DNA of 55,038 nt, the filler included, from Jimgerdemannia flammicorona (taxonomy: Eukaryota), in assembly GCA_003990765.1 (NCBI GenBank). It is 3 parts of 3 records of this genome, joined end to end, with 100 filler letters (N's around TTAATTAATTAA, not from the genome) between each part and the next. Parts side by side here need not be neighbours in the genome. Positions count along the whole stretch, not along the records: positions 1 to 18,287 come from RBNJ01002248.1; 2 more parts are not named here. One strand, 5' to 3'. The position numbers and the translations under genes were made by a program. A model generated the notes under the pieces. That model was not told the origin of the DNA. It saw only the letters and a list, made by a program, of their open reading frames with translations, and made no database searches. Of this stretch, positions 1 through 11,114 are shown one piece after another. Position 1 is the first letter of the stretch; every line of letters starts with the position of its first letter.

Positions 1-618
1 GGGGGGAGAGGGGAGGTTCTGCTTGTTGCCTCGTCCATCCTTCGACAACGTCGTGGGAATGGACCGACATAGTGCTGTATCTGTGGGTCACTTTTTGACA
101 GGCTCCCATTGCTGACACGATATCACAAATTTCTCGTTTTCAGAATCGGTGGGAATCATCGTCGTCCTAGTGGTCATTCTCTTCGTCCTCATCGGCATAT
201 TCCGATAATTGTTCCGCCGCGAGCGAAAATAGGAGCGGGAGTGGTCGAATTATCGCAGCAGCATGTACAGTATTGTGAGAGAACGAAATATAATACATTT
301 TTGGTCCGGAGTGTTTGTGGAAGGAGGATACTAGTATCGAACTTTTTTTTTTATATAATTCTTGTTTGTGTTTACCATAGTATCTTCAATGTATTACTAT
401 TATCCTCTATCTTCCTCGCATTCCTCGCATCGTGTGACATGGCAGCTGCAAGCTTTAACCCGTTCACGCACAACTGAAATCCTTAATGTCATTAATGTTT
501 CAGTTACTAAAGTTACAGTAGATATTATATTATTATTTTTTCTTTTATTCTGTTGCTTATTTATTATAATATTATAATATTATAGTATATAATACAATAA
601 AGCATCTTATTTAACTTC

Positions 619-623
<5 letters not shown>

Positions 624-649
<26 letters not shown>

Positions 650-2345
650 TTAATCTATTTTTTTTTGTTTTTTATTGGAAGAGAACCTAGACCAAAACCC
701 TCCTCTACCCTCATACTGAGTATTATATGTCTATTAAATCTAGACTAGCTATTGTCTAGCAGCTTGATCATATTAGATACAACAGGACTTATATTAGCTT
801 ATACCTCATTCTGTATATCATACTCTTCTTATTACTAAGAGGAAAATAACTATATGCTTATAACTGAAGATGTATACCCAAAACTCCAATATATGAACAA
901 GACCACATCTAAGCTAAATGGAATAGCCTCTGTTATCTCAAATAGAGTAAATCTCTAAGAAATATAAAACAATAGATAGGACCTAGTTCTCTCTAATGAG
1001 ATAAGTAGAGAACTTATACAAAGACAAGAGAAGACCTCTAATACTCTACTACTCAAACCTGTAAATCTTAATTATATTATTATATCAGCTTCTAATTCTA
1101 GTTAAGTATAACTAAGATGCCTAACCTGAGTAGCCTCAGGCCTCTCAATAATCTCCAAACAACTGAAGCCCAACTTTATATATTACTGAGAGCTACTGAG
1201 AGTAATATCTATCATCTAACTACTCTATACAAATCAGAAGATCCCACCAATATAGTATCCACTCTAGTCCTAATAACTATTATCAGTCTGATACTTTACT
1301 AGTCTACTATAATTACTCTATAATAGTTATCTTTTTTTCTATCTTAACTTTATTTAAAAAATAGTTATCTATATCTAGTGCTCCAAATGAGTTAATTTAA
1401 TCTAGATTAAATTCAGATTAAATTCAGATTAAATCTCATCTAGATCAACTCAGATAGAAAATGAGCTGATCCAAATCAATTTCAATTGACTATTGTTTTG
1501 ATTTCCAAATTAGATAATTAAATATTTACATCAATAACTCAATGAATAATTATCTAATTTTGATAATCTTAGTATTATTTAAAAGTCCTTAATAAGGTCT
1601 TTCTAATGATATTAAGAATATTAAAATCAGATTATATATTGCTGAGCTATTAAGGAAAATATTCTTTTGAAAAAAATTTCAAAATTAGTAAGTTGAATAA
1701 TTTCCAAAATTAATAAGTCAGATGTTTTTCTTAATAACTCAGTAATATATAATCTGATTTTAATATTCTTAATATCATTAGAAAGACCTTATTAAGAGCT
1801 TTGAAATGATACTAAGATTATCAAAATTAGATAATTATTTATTGAGTTATTGATGTAAATATTTATTTATCTAATTTGAAAATTAATATAATAATTGATT
1901 CAAATTGATCTGGATTAGCTCATTCAGAGCACTACCTATATCAGAACTATGCTCATTAAAAAGCTTACTAAAGCTCAGAGGATCTCACTATAGATATTAG
2001 AGATCTATAGATAACCTATACTAGTACTTAATATCCAAAGTTAGCTAACTCTCTATATAGCTCATAATATATTAAGATAATATATTATTGATAATAGTAA
2101 TAGAAAGAAAACACTATATCAAGATAAATATATTCCAGATATAGTAAAATATATCAGAAACTAGGAAAAAGTAGAGAAAGTATCAATCTGACACTAATAT
2201 AAAGGTAACTTATTACTATTGTCTCTCTCTTACTATTTTATAATAGATATAGCAAACTAATCTAAAGTAGAAAATATATAAATTATAGAAAAGAAACTCA
2301 GAAAATTATCTACCAAAACCTTATAATCAGTATAGTAGTAGAGAA
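624..2345 (-). mobile_element. Decayed copy of ~1.2 kb poly(A) retroposon family, interrupted by a MITE
   Basis: Poly(T) at 624-648, then TTTTATTGGAAGAGAACCTAG...GTAGTAGAGAAA. It is colinear with the reverse complement of 2438-3633 and heavily C>T/G>A mutated. Confidence 0.8.
1376..1934. mobile_element. hAT-type MITE (long palindrome) with 8-bp TSD
   Basis: Ends TAGTGCTCCAAATGAG...CTCATTCAGAGCACTA. Flanked by tctatatc (1368-1375) and cctatatc (1935-1942). Internal arms ~1520-1660 and ~1725-1865 are inverted copies. Confidence 0.85.
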
Positions 2346-2437
2346 AAAAATATTAGTTTTTACTTCTCTTTTTTTTTTTTTTTGATAAATATTTTAATAT
2401 TTTAGTATTTAACTTTATAAATATTTATTTATTAACA

Positions 2438-3633
2438 CCCCTTTCTCTGCTACCTTACTGGTCATAAGGTTTGGTAGGCAACCTTCCGAGTCTTCTTTTC
2501 CCTAATATTACTCTCTCTACCTCAGGTTGGTTTGCTGTGCCTATATGGGTATGGTGGGAGGAGGACAATGGTGATGAGTTGCCCCTTTATTGGTGTCAGA
2601 TCAGTGTTTTCTCCACTTTTTCACGGTTTCTGGTATCTTCAGCTGTATCTGAAGTGTATCCGTTTTGGTGTGGTACCTTCTTCCTTTTGCCATCACCAAC
2701 AAGGTGCTGTCTCAGTATGTCTCAGGCTACATAGAGAGTCGACCAACCTTGGGCATCAAGTGCTCAGTGCAGGTTACCTACAGGTCCTCAGTGCCTATGG
2801 TGGGGCCCTCTGGCTTTGGCAAGCTTCCCGGTGAGCATGGTTCTGGTGTAGGTGACTGTTTTTTGGATGTTGTTGGGATGGGAGGAGAGATGGCTGTCAC
2901 AGATAGGAGAAAGGGCGATAATGGTGAATCAGTAGGGTGCCAGGCTGGGGGCAGTCATCAGGGCTGGGGCAGGTGCTGCTTCGGTGGGGCCTTTTGATTG
3001 GTGCGGCATGGTTAGGTGATAGGTGTCACTCTCAGCTTCTTTTGGCAGTCAGTGGGGTTGGGCCCCAGTTATCAGAGGGGATCGGGGGGCCTGAGGCTAC
3101 CCATTTCAGGCATCTTGGCTGCACTCAACTGGAACCAGGAGCTGACACGGCAATGTGATCAAGGCCCGCAGGCTTGAGTAGTGAGGTATTGGGGGTTTCC
3201 TCCCACCTTACATATAAGTCCTTTACTCATCTCGACTGAGAGAACTAGGCCCTACCCACCGTGTTGTGCTTTGATGAGGGTTTTTCTTTGCCTGTCATTC
3301 TCTTTGAGGTAGCAGGGGCTATTCTATTCGGCTCGGGTGTGGCCTTATACATATGTTGGGTTCTCAGGCATATGCTTTTGGTCATTGGCATATGGTTGGG
3401 TTTTTCCTGGTAATAGAGAGAGCATGGTGCGCAGAATGAGATGTGGGCCTACATCGGCCCTGCTGTGCCTAGCATGGTTGAACTGCTGGATAATAGCTAG
3501 CCTAGGTTAATGGGGGAGCAGTGCTTGGTGGGTGGTGGGAGAGGGTTTTGGCCTATATAGTCTAGGTTCTCTTCCAATAAAAATCTGTGGGATATGAGTC
3601 CATTAAACAAAAAAAAAAAAAAAAAAAAAAAAA
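2438..3633 (+). mobile_element. Best-preserved full-length copy of non-coding poly(A) retroposon (SINE-like)
   Basis: AATAAA near 3576, poly(A) 3609-3633, TSD tatttattaa(c/t)a at 2426-2437 and 3634-3645. Several other copies are in the window. Confidence 0.85.
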
Positions 3634-3689
3634 TATTTATTAATATTAATTAATATATATATATACATATATAAAGAGCTTACTAATTT

Positions 3690-5885
3690 AATCTCATATT
3701 CAATAAATAGAATTTGGTAGACAGAATTTTATTTATAATCAATACATAGATATTCTTTAATGCAATTTTATTTCTGGGCATTACTGGTTATTAGATTGAT
3801 CTTAGGAGAAAATATTGCAGATACTTTATTAGTTATATCTGAGAGCTTGGGATTATAACTAAGGTAAAAAGGGGAGGCTTACAATTAGATCAGCATTTTG
3901 AGAGAAGTTTTAAAACAAAACAGATTTTAATAGTTATTTATTTTCCCATAAATTTGTCAACTAAATATTTCAAGTACAGATTTTGGCCATTTTAATGAAT
4001 AATATAATATTTTTGTGAATTTTAGTAGTTAGTCTTTAATAGAAAAATGTGGCCTTCAGTATAGAAAACTGTCATGTACATTGTTAGGCCTATGTACTGA
4101 ACCTTGCTGTTCAGGATTATCTTATATACTGTGATATATAGTATGAAATTGAAATAAGAAATAGATATTTGATTGCAGTATCTGAATCCGATTCCAAATA
4201 TAGCATAGCCTTACAAATAGCAGTTATATTTCACAAATGTTAAAGTATTTACAGATGTTAAAGATTTAACAGATGTTAAGAATTAATACTTATGAAGAAT
4301 AACTTACAGGAAACATAGTCATAACTTAGCCATCTTATAGCTAGCAAACTTATATAAATATCTTCAATATCTAGAGTAAATAAACCTCAGGTCAAAAGAG
4401 TTTGGGCCTCACTCTGATAGTCTGATAATGAGATCAGACAAATACCACTTATGACTCTGAGGAGTTAAGAAGAGTTATAGAAATCTACTACATTTCTCTG
4501 ATTATATACTTGCTATATTATAATATATAGATAAAACATCTGAAAGTAGAGGAACTCTGAGTATTGTTTCCAAGTTATACAAACTGATTATATTGGTCTA
4601 ATCATCTCCACAATAATGAGACAAATTTACTATATAGTATAGAGTGATCAATTTAATTCCAAAAGAGCTAATATTAGATATTTATATATATTGAAACTTA
4701 AAATTTACAATAATCTAGCATATGCTGGAGTTCACCATGGTATGTACTCTTTTTTTAGTTGACTAAAGTAAATTGTTTCAGATAACTGAGAATTGTTAAT
4801 TAATTTCAAAAAAAAAATTTAAAAAAAATAGTCAATAGATTCAACAGTTGCTACTGACAAAGGAAATTTAGAGTGAGACTATAGATGAAAGTGAGTGAGA
4901 TATACTAAGGAATATTATCAGAGTTTTAGAAGTAAGTAATGATTACTTTGATTCTATATTCATTTTGTCTGTCTCTATATAGTAATATAACAATTCACCA
5001 TTCTTAACTACTAGTGTTTTGATAATTGTATAAAAAATATAGTCAAAAAAACTACTCTAACAATAAGCTCTGCAATACTGATATACAATTTTTTGATTGA
5101 TCAACTAGAGGATAAGTTCAAGAATAGGCTAAAGGGTAGTAATAATTTCTAGTTTAGCCTGAATTAGAGAGATATATAGAGATTGCTCTAAGTAAGCTTA
5201 GAAAATACTACTCCAAAACAGATGCCACTATATACTCAATCAGTATAAGTATATCAGTATAGTAGTTACCCCTTCTAAAAAAAGAAAAACTCCAATAAAA
5301 CTCACACTCTTTTCTCAAAACAGTGTTGGATCCTATAATATTATAAAGATTAGAACTGAGAGCAGTACTATATTGAGGAAGCCAAGCAAGTCATAATCAA
5401 AATATACTAGAAAAACTAGATACTTCTATAAGGTTCTGGCCAAAGTCCAGATAAATATGTTGAAGGATCTCTTTTGTAACATATTTACTTCAGCAGAAAG
5501 AGAAAGAGAGAGTTATCAGTAAAAGAACTACTATCAATAGATAAACTCACTATTTACCTTATTAGTGACTATGTGATCCTGCTGAAGATTATAGAGATAC
5601 TCAACTGATAGAAGGTGGGTTGTCTTCCTACAGATAGTTGGTAGAGTTGGGCCAATTTTAACCACCACTCTAATTACTATTCTACTCCCTGAGATGTGTG
5701 GCCACAGATGCATCAAACAGACTTCTCTAATCTGTATGGTATGGCTTGGAACTATCTGGTCATTCCTGTCACCAGTACTCCAGTTAAGCAAATGTTCTCT
5801 AGTAGAGTGGATCTCATTTCTCCTAAGAGATGAATACTGAATACTGAGGCAATCTAGACTTATATATACCTAAAGTCTTGGTAGA
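3690..5885 (+). pseudogene. hAT transposase relic (intron-containing)
   Basis: Decayed motifs FLGITG(H)(W)ID near 3770 and VLDP near 5325. C-terminal dimerization-domain motif STPV.QMFSS.VDLISPKR...LKSW at 5775-5885. Many stops; parallels the hAT at 30340-32726. Confidence 0.75.
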
Positions 5886-6379
5886 GCATAAGCTACTAAA
5901 ATTGAGTGAGTCCTGTAGCATTAAATGAATAAATTATTTTTTAAAAAAAGAGAGAGTTCAGCTCAGGGTGCAAGGTGGCAGATAAGAGAGCATACCAGAG
6001 TTTGCAGTCTCTCACCAGGGGGCTATTTTGAGTAGTCTGAGTGGGGCAGAGATCAGTGGGGTTGGTGGAGAGATTATGCAAAATTTGTTACATCTGTTAG
6101 CAGCAAGGGGCAACCCTAAGCTGCTAGTTAGTAAGAAAGTCTGAGTTAGAGAGAGTATACAGAATTTGCAGCCCAATGATCCACTGTAAGAAGTAGTTTC
6201 AAGTAGTTGGATTCTGGTATAAATTCAGGTCTCATGAGTACTCTGGCCCTATACTACAGTACTGCATCAGTAGTACTACAAAGCAGGACCAAGGAGCCAG
6301 TAGAGCCCAGTAAAAAGCTAAACTAGTACTATAAAAAGAGGTGCTTGACTGCCTGCCTAACCTTTACAAAAGACTGCCT

Positions 6380-6785
6380 AATTCTCACAAAACTGCTCCA
6401 CCTATTGGTCTCTGATCTTGATGAGTCTATCATCTATTGTAAGTATGATAACTGTAGTATCTAAGCTCTTCTTAAAGGCAATAGTATCATAGAGATCATG
6501 TGATTGGAATAGAATGGCCATGCTGGCTACAAATGGGACCTCAAAACTATAGGTGAGGTTATACCAGATACTAATGCTATCCTCTCAAGTTAGGCCCTTC
6601 CTTTCTGGAATATAAAATATTATCAGAGTAATATTATTGTCTGTATGTGTGGATAGAGAAATATTGCACCCAATGTACCCTAATGTGATATGAATATATA
6701 GTTGGGTGAACTCTTGGCCTAGGGTCTCATATTGCTAGACAATATTAGAGGATGTCTGCTCTTTTAAGAGCCCTGGCTTGGAAAT
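6380..6785 (-). pseudogene. Decayed coding exon of unknown function (weak 2OG-Fe(II) oxygenase-like HxD motif)
   Basis: About 135 codons with only ~3 stops, after an AG acceptor: ...GYIGCNISLSTHTDNNITLIIF...FEVPFVASMAILFQSHDLYDT... Confidence 0.3.
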
Positions 6786-7614
6786 CTATTGAAATAGACA
6801 GTATTTACTCAATTCTTTCTTTTTGCATACAGGAGATAGAAACCCTTAGGCTGTACTAAAAAAAAAGTCAAGCTCCTCACCTCATATAGTATGCTAAATT
6901 ATACTAAGAATATATATATAGCTATACCAAGAGTACTACTAAGCTGGCCTACTTATTCACTCTAACAATCTGCTTAAAGAACTCTAGATCATGACCACTA
7001 TTACTACACAGACTGTATCATGCTCATATACTGCTTATTCTTTGATAGTACTTCTAAAGTTCCAATAAGAGTATAGAATCTTATATATCTCTGGAAATTT
7101 AACAAGAATAGATTAGTAAAGTAAATTTCAAAAAAGAGAAAATAAATGCAGAGAATTTCAGAAAAACTCTAGGGAACCTACTCTTTGTCAATATTGTAGT
7201 ATATCCAATTTCCATCCAAACCTCCTCTATTTGCTTTTTATACCCCCTCTTTCTCACTATCTAGTATTTGATATAATTCTTACAAATCTCATTAATATAG
7301 TAATAAAGCTCATTACTATAGAGATTCCTTATCACCATCACAACTATCTCTCTATAATTTTTAACAATAATATGATTCTCTTCATTATTGAATACTCCAG
7401 CAGGCCAATAGACTTCTTGATTAAGAACAATTGATTCTGTTTTAAATATAGATCCTAAATCTTAATAGTAATTCTAGTATTATTTATGCTAAATAACTTG
7501 CTCTCAAACTTCTCTATTTGATCAGATATCAGATGTGGTCAAACTTAGGTAACTTTGAATTCTCCTCTGCAGTAGAACTGAGCCTTGATCTGAGTAGTAG
7601 GCTGAGTTAAGTAT

Positions 7615-9077
7615 TGTAACATTCCTGGCTCAATAGAGGCAAATTACAAGATTGGGAGTTGATGTAGTTTGGCTTGAGCCCCCAGTTACTTTGTCAAAAA
7701 GCAATAAAATGTTCTAAGATTCCTGAGGTCCTTGGTGTTTAGTGATATAATAGTCAAGGCTGGATATCTGTGAGTGATTTGTATGTTGATTTCCTAATTG
7801 AGATAGTTCTCTGGGTATAGTAGTGATTTATACAAATAGAATTTTGTGTGTAGCATGATGATCTCTATACATGATAATCTTATGTAGCATGAGTTCTTTA
7901 TGTATGATGGTCTGGCAATTTAGCAGTTCTCCTTATGCAATTTCTATATGATAATCTTGGTGTAATGATCTCTGTGTAGTGCAATGATCTCCAAAAGTAT
8001 GTGGTTTCTGATAGATGACTCAGTTTGGTGTAGCTTCTTCTGAATCAGCTTACTGGGAACAACAGATAACTTAGCAGTGGATAACTCAGATTACTTGAAT
8101 AACTCAGATGTCACAGATTCTTCCTAAATTGGCAGACTTCTGGGAAATAACTTGAGTGGTACAGATTCTTCTGAATCAGCAGCTTTAACTGGAAAATAAC
8201 TTGGATGGCATAGATTCTTCTGAATCAGCAGCTTCAACTGAGAATACTACTTGGATGGTATGGATTCTTCCTGAATCGGTAGGCTCTTCTGGGAATATAA
8301 TGATGTAGATTCTTTCTGAATTGGTGGCTTTAACTGGGAAATATGCTAGTGCCTTCTTGGAAAGGGTCTCTTGGCAAAGTTGTATCAAAGACTGGCTTCA
8401 TTTGTGCAAACAGATCACTGCAAATTTGTATCAGAAACTGGCTTGAGCAAGGTAGCTTTCTAAGAGTATGGTGAATAACTTAGAATTAGCAGCAAAGTTC
8501 TTTCTAGAACTTTTGGCAACAAACTCAGATTCTTCAGGCTTATCTGGTAAATGAACCAATAACACAGCTTATTCCTTAAGTGGTGGATTTCTCTTCAAAA
8601 GGCAGCAAAGTTCTTTCTTGAACTTGGTGGCAAAATATTCAAGCTTTGTATCAGAAAGTGGACTAGAGTGGAAAGGGGACCAATGCTCAATCTTTAGAGA
8701 CTTCTTTGGTATTTGTATTTCAGACTGAGGTTTATTCACTCTTATCTCTGGGGTAATTTATACATTGTGGTTGCTATCTGATTACTATGTGACTAACTAT
8801 AGATTTACTACTTCTGGTAATGTTTGAGTATATCCTCTAGGTACAGGTGTGTCCACAGGATATAAGTGTGTCCACAGGATATAAGTGTGTCTGCTGGACA
8901 TGAGTGTGTCCTCAGGATACAGATAAACAACTCTGATCTGGTGTCCTGGCTAATTATAAGTGTGGCAGCATGAGTAACTATAATATACTAGAAGTTATGT
9001 CATGCTGGGTAAGTATGCTAATTGTTCACATCATCTGGCTAAGTTATAATTCAAGTAGTATATTTTGATTTATTACA
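7615..9077 (-). repeat. 3' LTR of family 1 (~1.46 kb)
   Basis: Plus strand reads TGTAAC...TATTACA. Matches 17071 onward. G-rich PPT-like GTGGGGGCTAA abuts it on the minus strand. Confidence 0.85.
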
Positions 9078-9116
9078 TTAGCCCCCACTGAAGGGTAGTC
9101 TGTTCCAGACTATTCT

Positions 9117-9629
9117 TCAGTTATTATCTCAATAGGCAAAAGCAGCTTCTATATCTATACCTGTTCCATCATTATCATCTGAACTATGGTCACTCTATTC
9201 TAAGGGCTCCTCTTCTTTTTTAGAGAATAAGATCTCAACTTAGTGAATGATACTGAGGTAGGTAGGCAGTATTATCCTTTGGAGGTTATTCAGGGAGAAC
9301 TGGGCCTGGATTAAGACAGAAGGGTTCTGTTTGTAGATTGTGTATAGTCTGTTTGCAGCAGTAGTATTCCTTCTGTTCAGGCCAGTGGTGTTATGGACAT
9401 AGACCAGGTCTGAGAGGGGAAGATTCTGTAATTGTTCTCCAATTGTATAGTATGCCTACAGCTGGTGGACCTAGAGTAGTCTCTCAGCCAGAGTGAGGTT
9501 TTCTTGATGAATCTGGATTTTCTGGAGGTATGTTTTATTGGGTTTCTGGAACTGTGGCAGGAGAACTAGTAGGGCTTGAAGGGAACTGAGGATAAGGGTC
9601 TAGAGGCAGTTATCAATTCTCTGGTTCAT
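9117..9629 (-). pseudogene. ORF3 of family 1 (~170 aa, unknown function) between integrase and 3' LTR
   Basis: Manual translation MNQRIDNCL*TLIL...QL*AYYTIGEQLQNLPLSDLVYVHNTTGLNRRNTTAANRLYTIYKQNP...SDDNDG. No frameshift; all internal stops are explicable as C>T of CAG/CAA/CGA. Confidence 0.75.
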
Positions 9630-11114
9630 AGTGTGAGAAAAGGTATATCTTGAGATGATTGATGTGTACTGGTGTCCTCAGGATCCTTCCATCTATACTT
9701 CTTAAATAGATGCTGATTTCTCTGATATTGTGTATAAGATAAGATCCTTCCCATTTGGGTTCCAATTTGGTGGTAAAATTTATTTCAATCATACTTCTTT
9801 AAACTAGTACTTGATCTCCAATCTTGATCTCCTGATCCTTCTGTTTCTGGTTATAATACTTCTTTGTCTTTCTTGGGCTTTAATAATCTGACCTTAGGCT
9901 TGATTATATAACTATTCCGCCTTCTTGAGGAGGTCTCTGAGATTCTCATGGTCAGCAGTTCTGGTTTTCTTAGCAAATATCATTTTGAATGGCTTTTGTT
10001 TAGTAGAGGCAGTAGGGGTGTTCTGAATTTCCCATAGGATCTCAGATAAGCAGAGGTCTCAATTAGTAGGATTGACTTAGACAAGTTCTTTCTTGATGGT
10101 CTGGTTCATTCTCTCTGTCATGTCATTGGTCTGAGGGTGATATGATGTGGTCTATTTGAGGTGGATCTTGTGAATTCAAACATAACTTGTGATTATATTA
10201 TTGATAAATTCTGTGCCTCAGTCAGAGATGAGTTCTTCTGGGGGTCTATATCTGAGTATGAGTCCATTTTGTTTTACGGACTCTATGTCCCATGGATTTT
10301 TATTGGAAGGGAACCTAGGCTATATAGGCCAAAACCCTCTCCCACCACTCATCAAGCACTGCCCCCCCATTAACCTAGGCTAGCTATTGTCTAGCAGCTC
10401 AACTATGTCAGGTGCAGCAGGGCCTATGTTGGCCCACACCTCATTCTACACACCATGCTCTCTCTACCACCAGGGGAAACCCAGCCATACACCAATGACT
10501 GAAAGCACATGCCCGAGAACTCAACATATGTACAAGACCATATCTGAGCTGAATAGAATAGCCCCTGCCACCCTAAATAGAATGACAGGCAAAGAAAAAA
10601 CCCTCATCAAAGCACAATACAGTGGGTAGGGCCTGGTTCTCCCAGTCAAGGTGAGTAGAGGACTTACACATGATCTGAGTATGAGTCCATGGAGAAGGCC
10701 TACAATAGTTAAGGCATCTGTGATTTCCATTAGAAAAGCCTTGGGCCACTTGGTCAGATATTTTACAAATACAAGAATATATTTATTTCTTCTTGGTATA
10801 ACTGGTAGAGGTCTAATTATATCTATTCTCTATCTCTGGAAGATGTTGTCTGGTGGTGTGATTGGTTATAATGATGTTTGATAGTTCTTCCTTCCTTGGT
10901 ACTTCTGGCAGGTGTCACATTTCTTAAGTATGTTCTGGACTTATTTTCTGAGATTGGGCCAATGTTGGTGTGTTGTTCATAGCTTCTCTTCTATATTCGC
11001 CTGTCCCTGGTGAGCTTTCTGATGTTCTACTCAGATGAGATCTTCTTGTACCTTGATGGTCTGAGGAGCTTCCTTTAGAGTGTAGTTCCTCAGGACACCC
11101 ATCTTCTGGTTCAT
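9613..11114 (-). pseudogene. Integrase ORF of family 1 (own ATG; interrupted by retroposon)
   Basis: MNQKMG...HQKAHQG...KCDTCQK zinc finger, VFVKYLTKWPKAF, SYHPQTNDMTERMNQT, ends INHLKIYLFSHYEPEN*. Confidence 0.85.
10268..10672 (-). mobile_element. 5'-truncated poly(A) retroposon copy inserted in integrase, 18-bp TSD
   Basis: ATCTGAGTATGAGTCCAT is duplicated at 10250-10267 and 10673-10690. The body matches the 3' ~400 bp of 2438-3633. Confidence 0.9.

Noticed and set aside
1..480. Possible gene start at the contig edge
   Set aside because: CpG-rich, but too short and without homology cues.
2471..3158. Short ORFs in retroposon copies (also 10161-10730, 34489-35078, 42365-42794)
   Set aside because: They are not preserved between copies and show no recognisable protein motifs.
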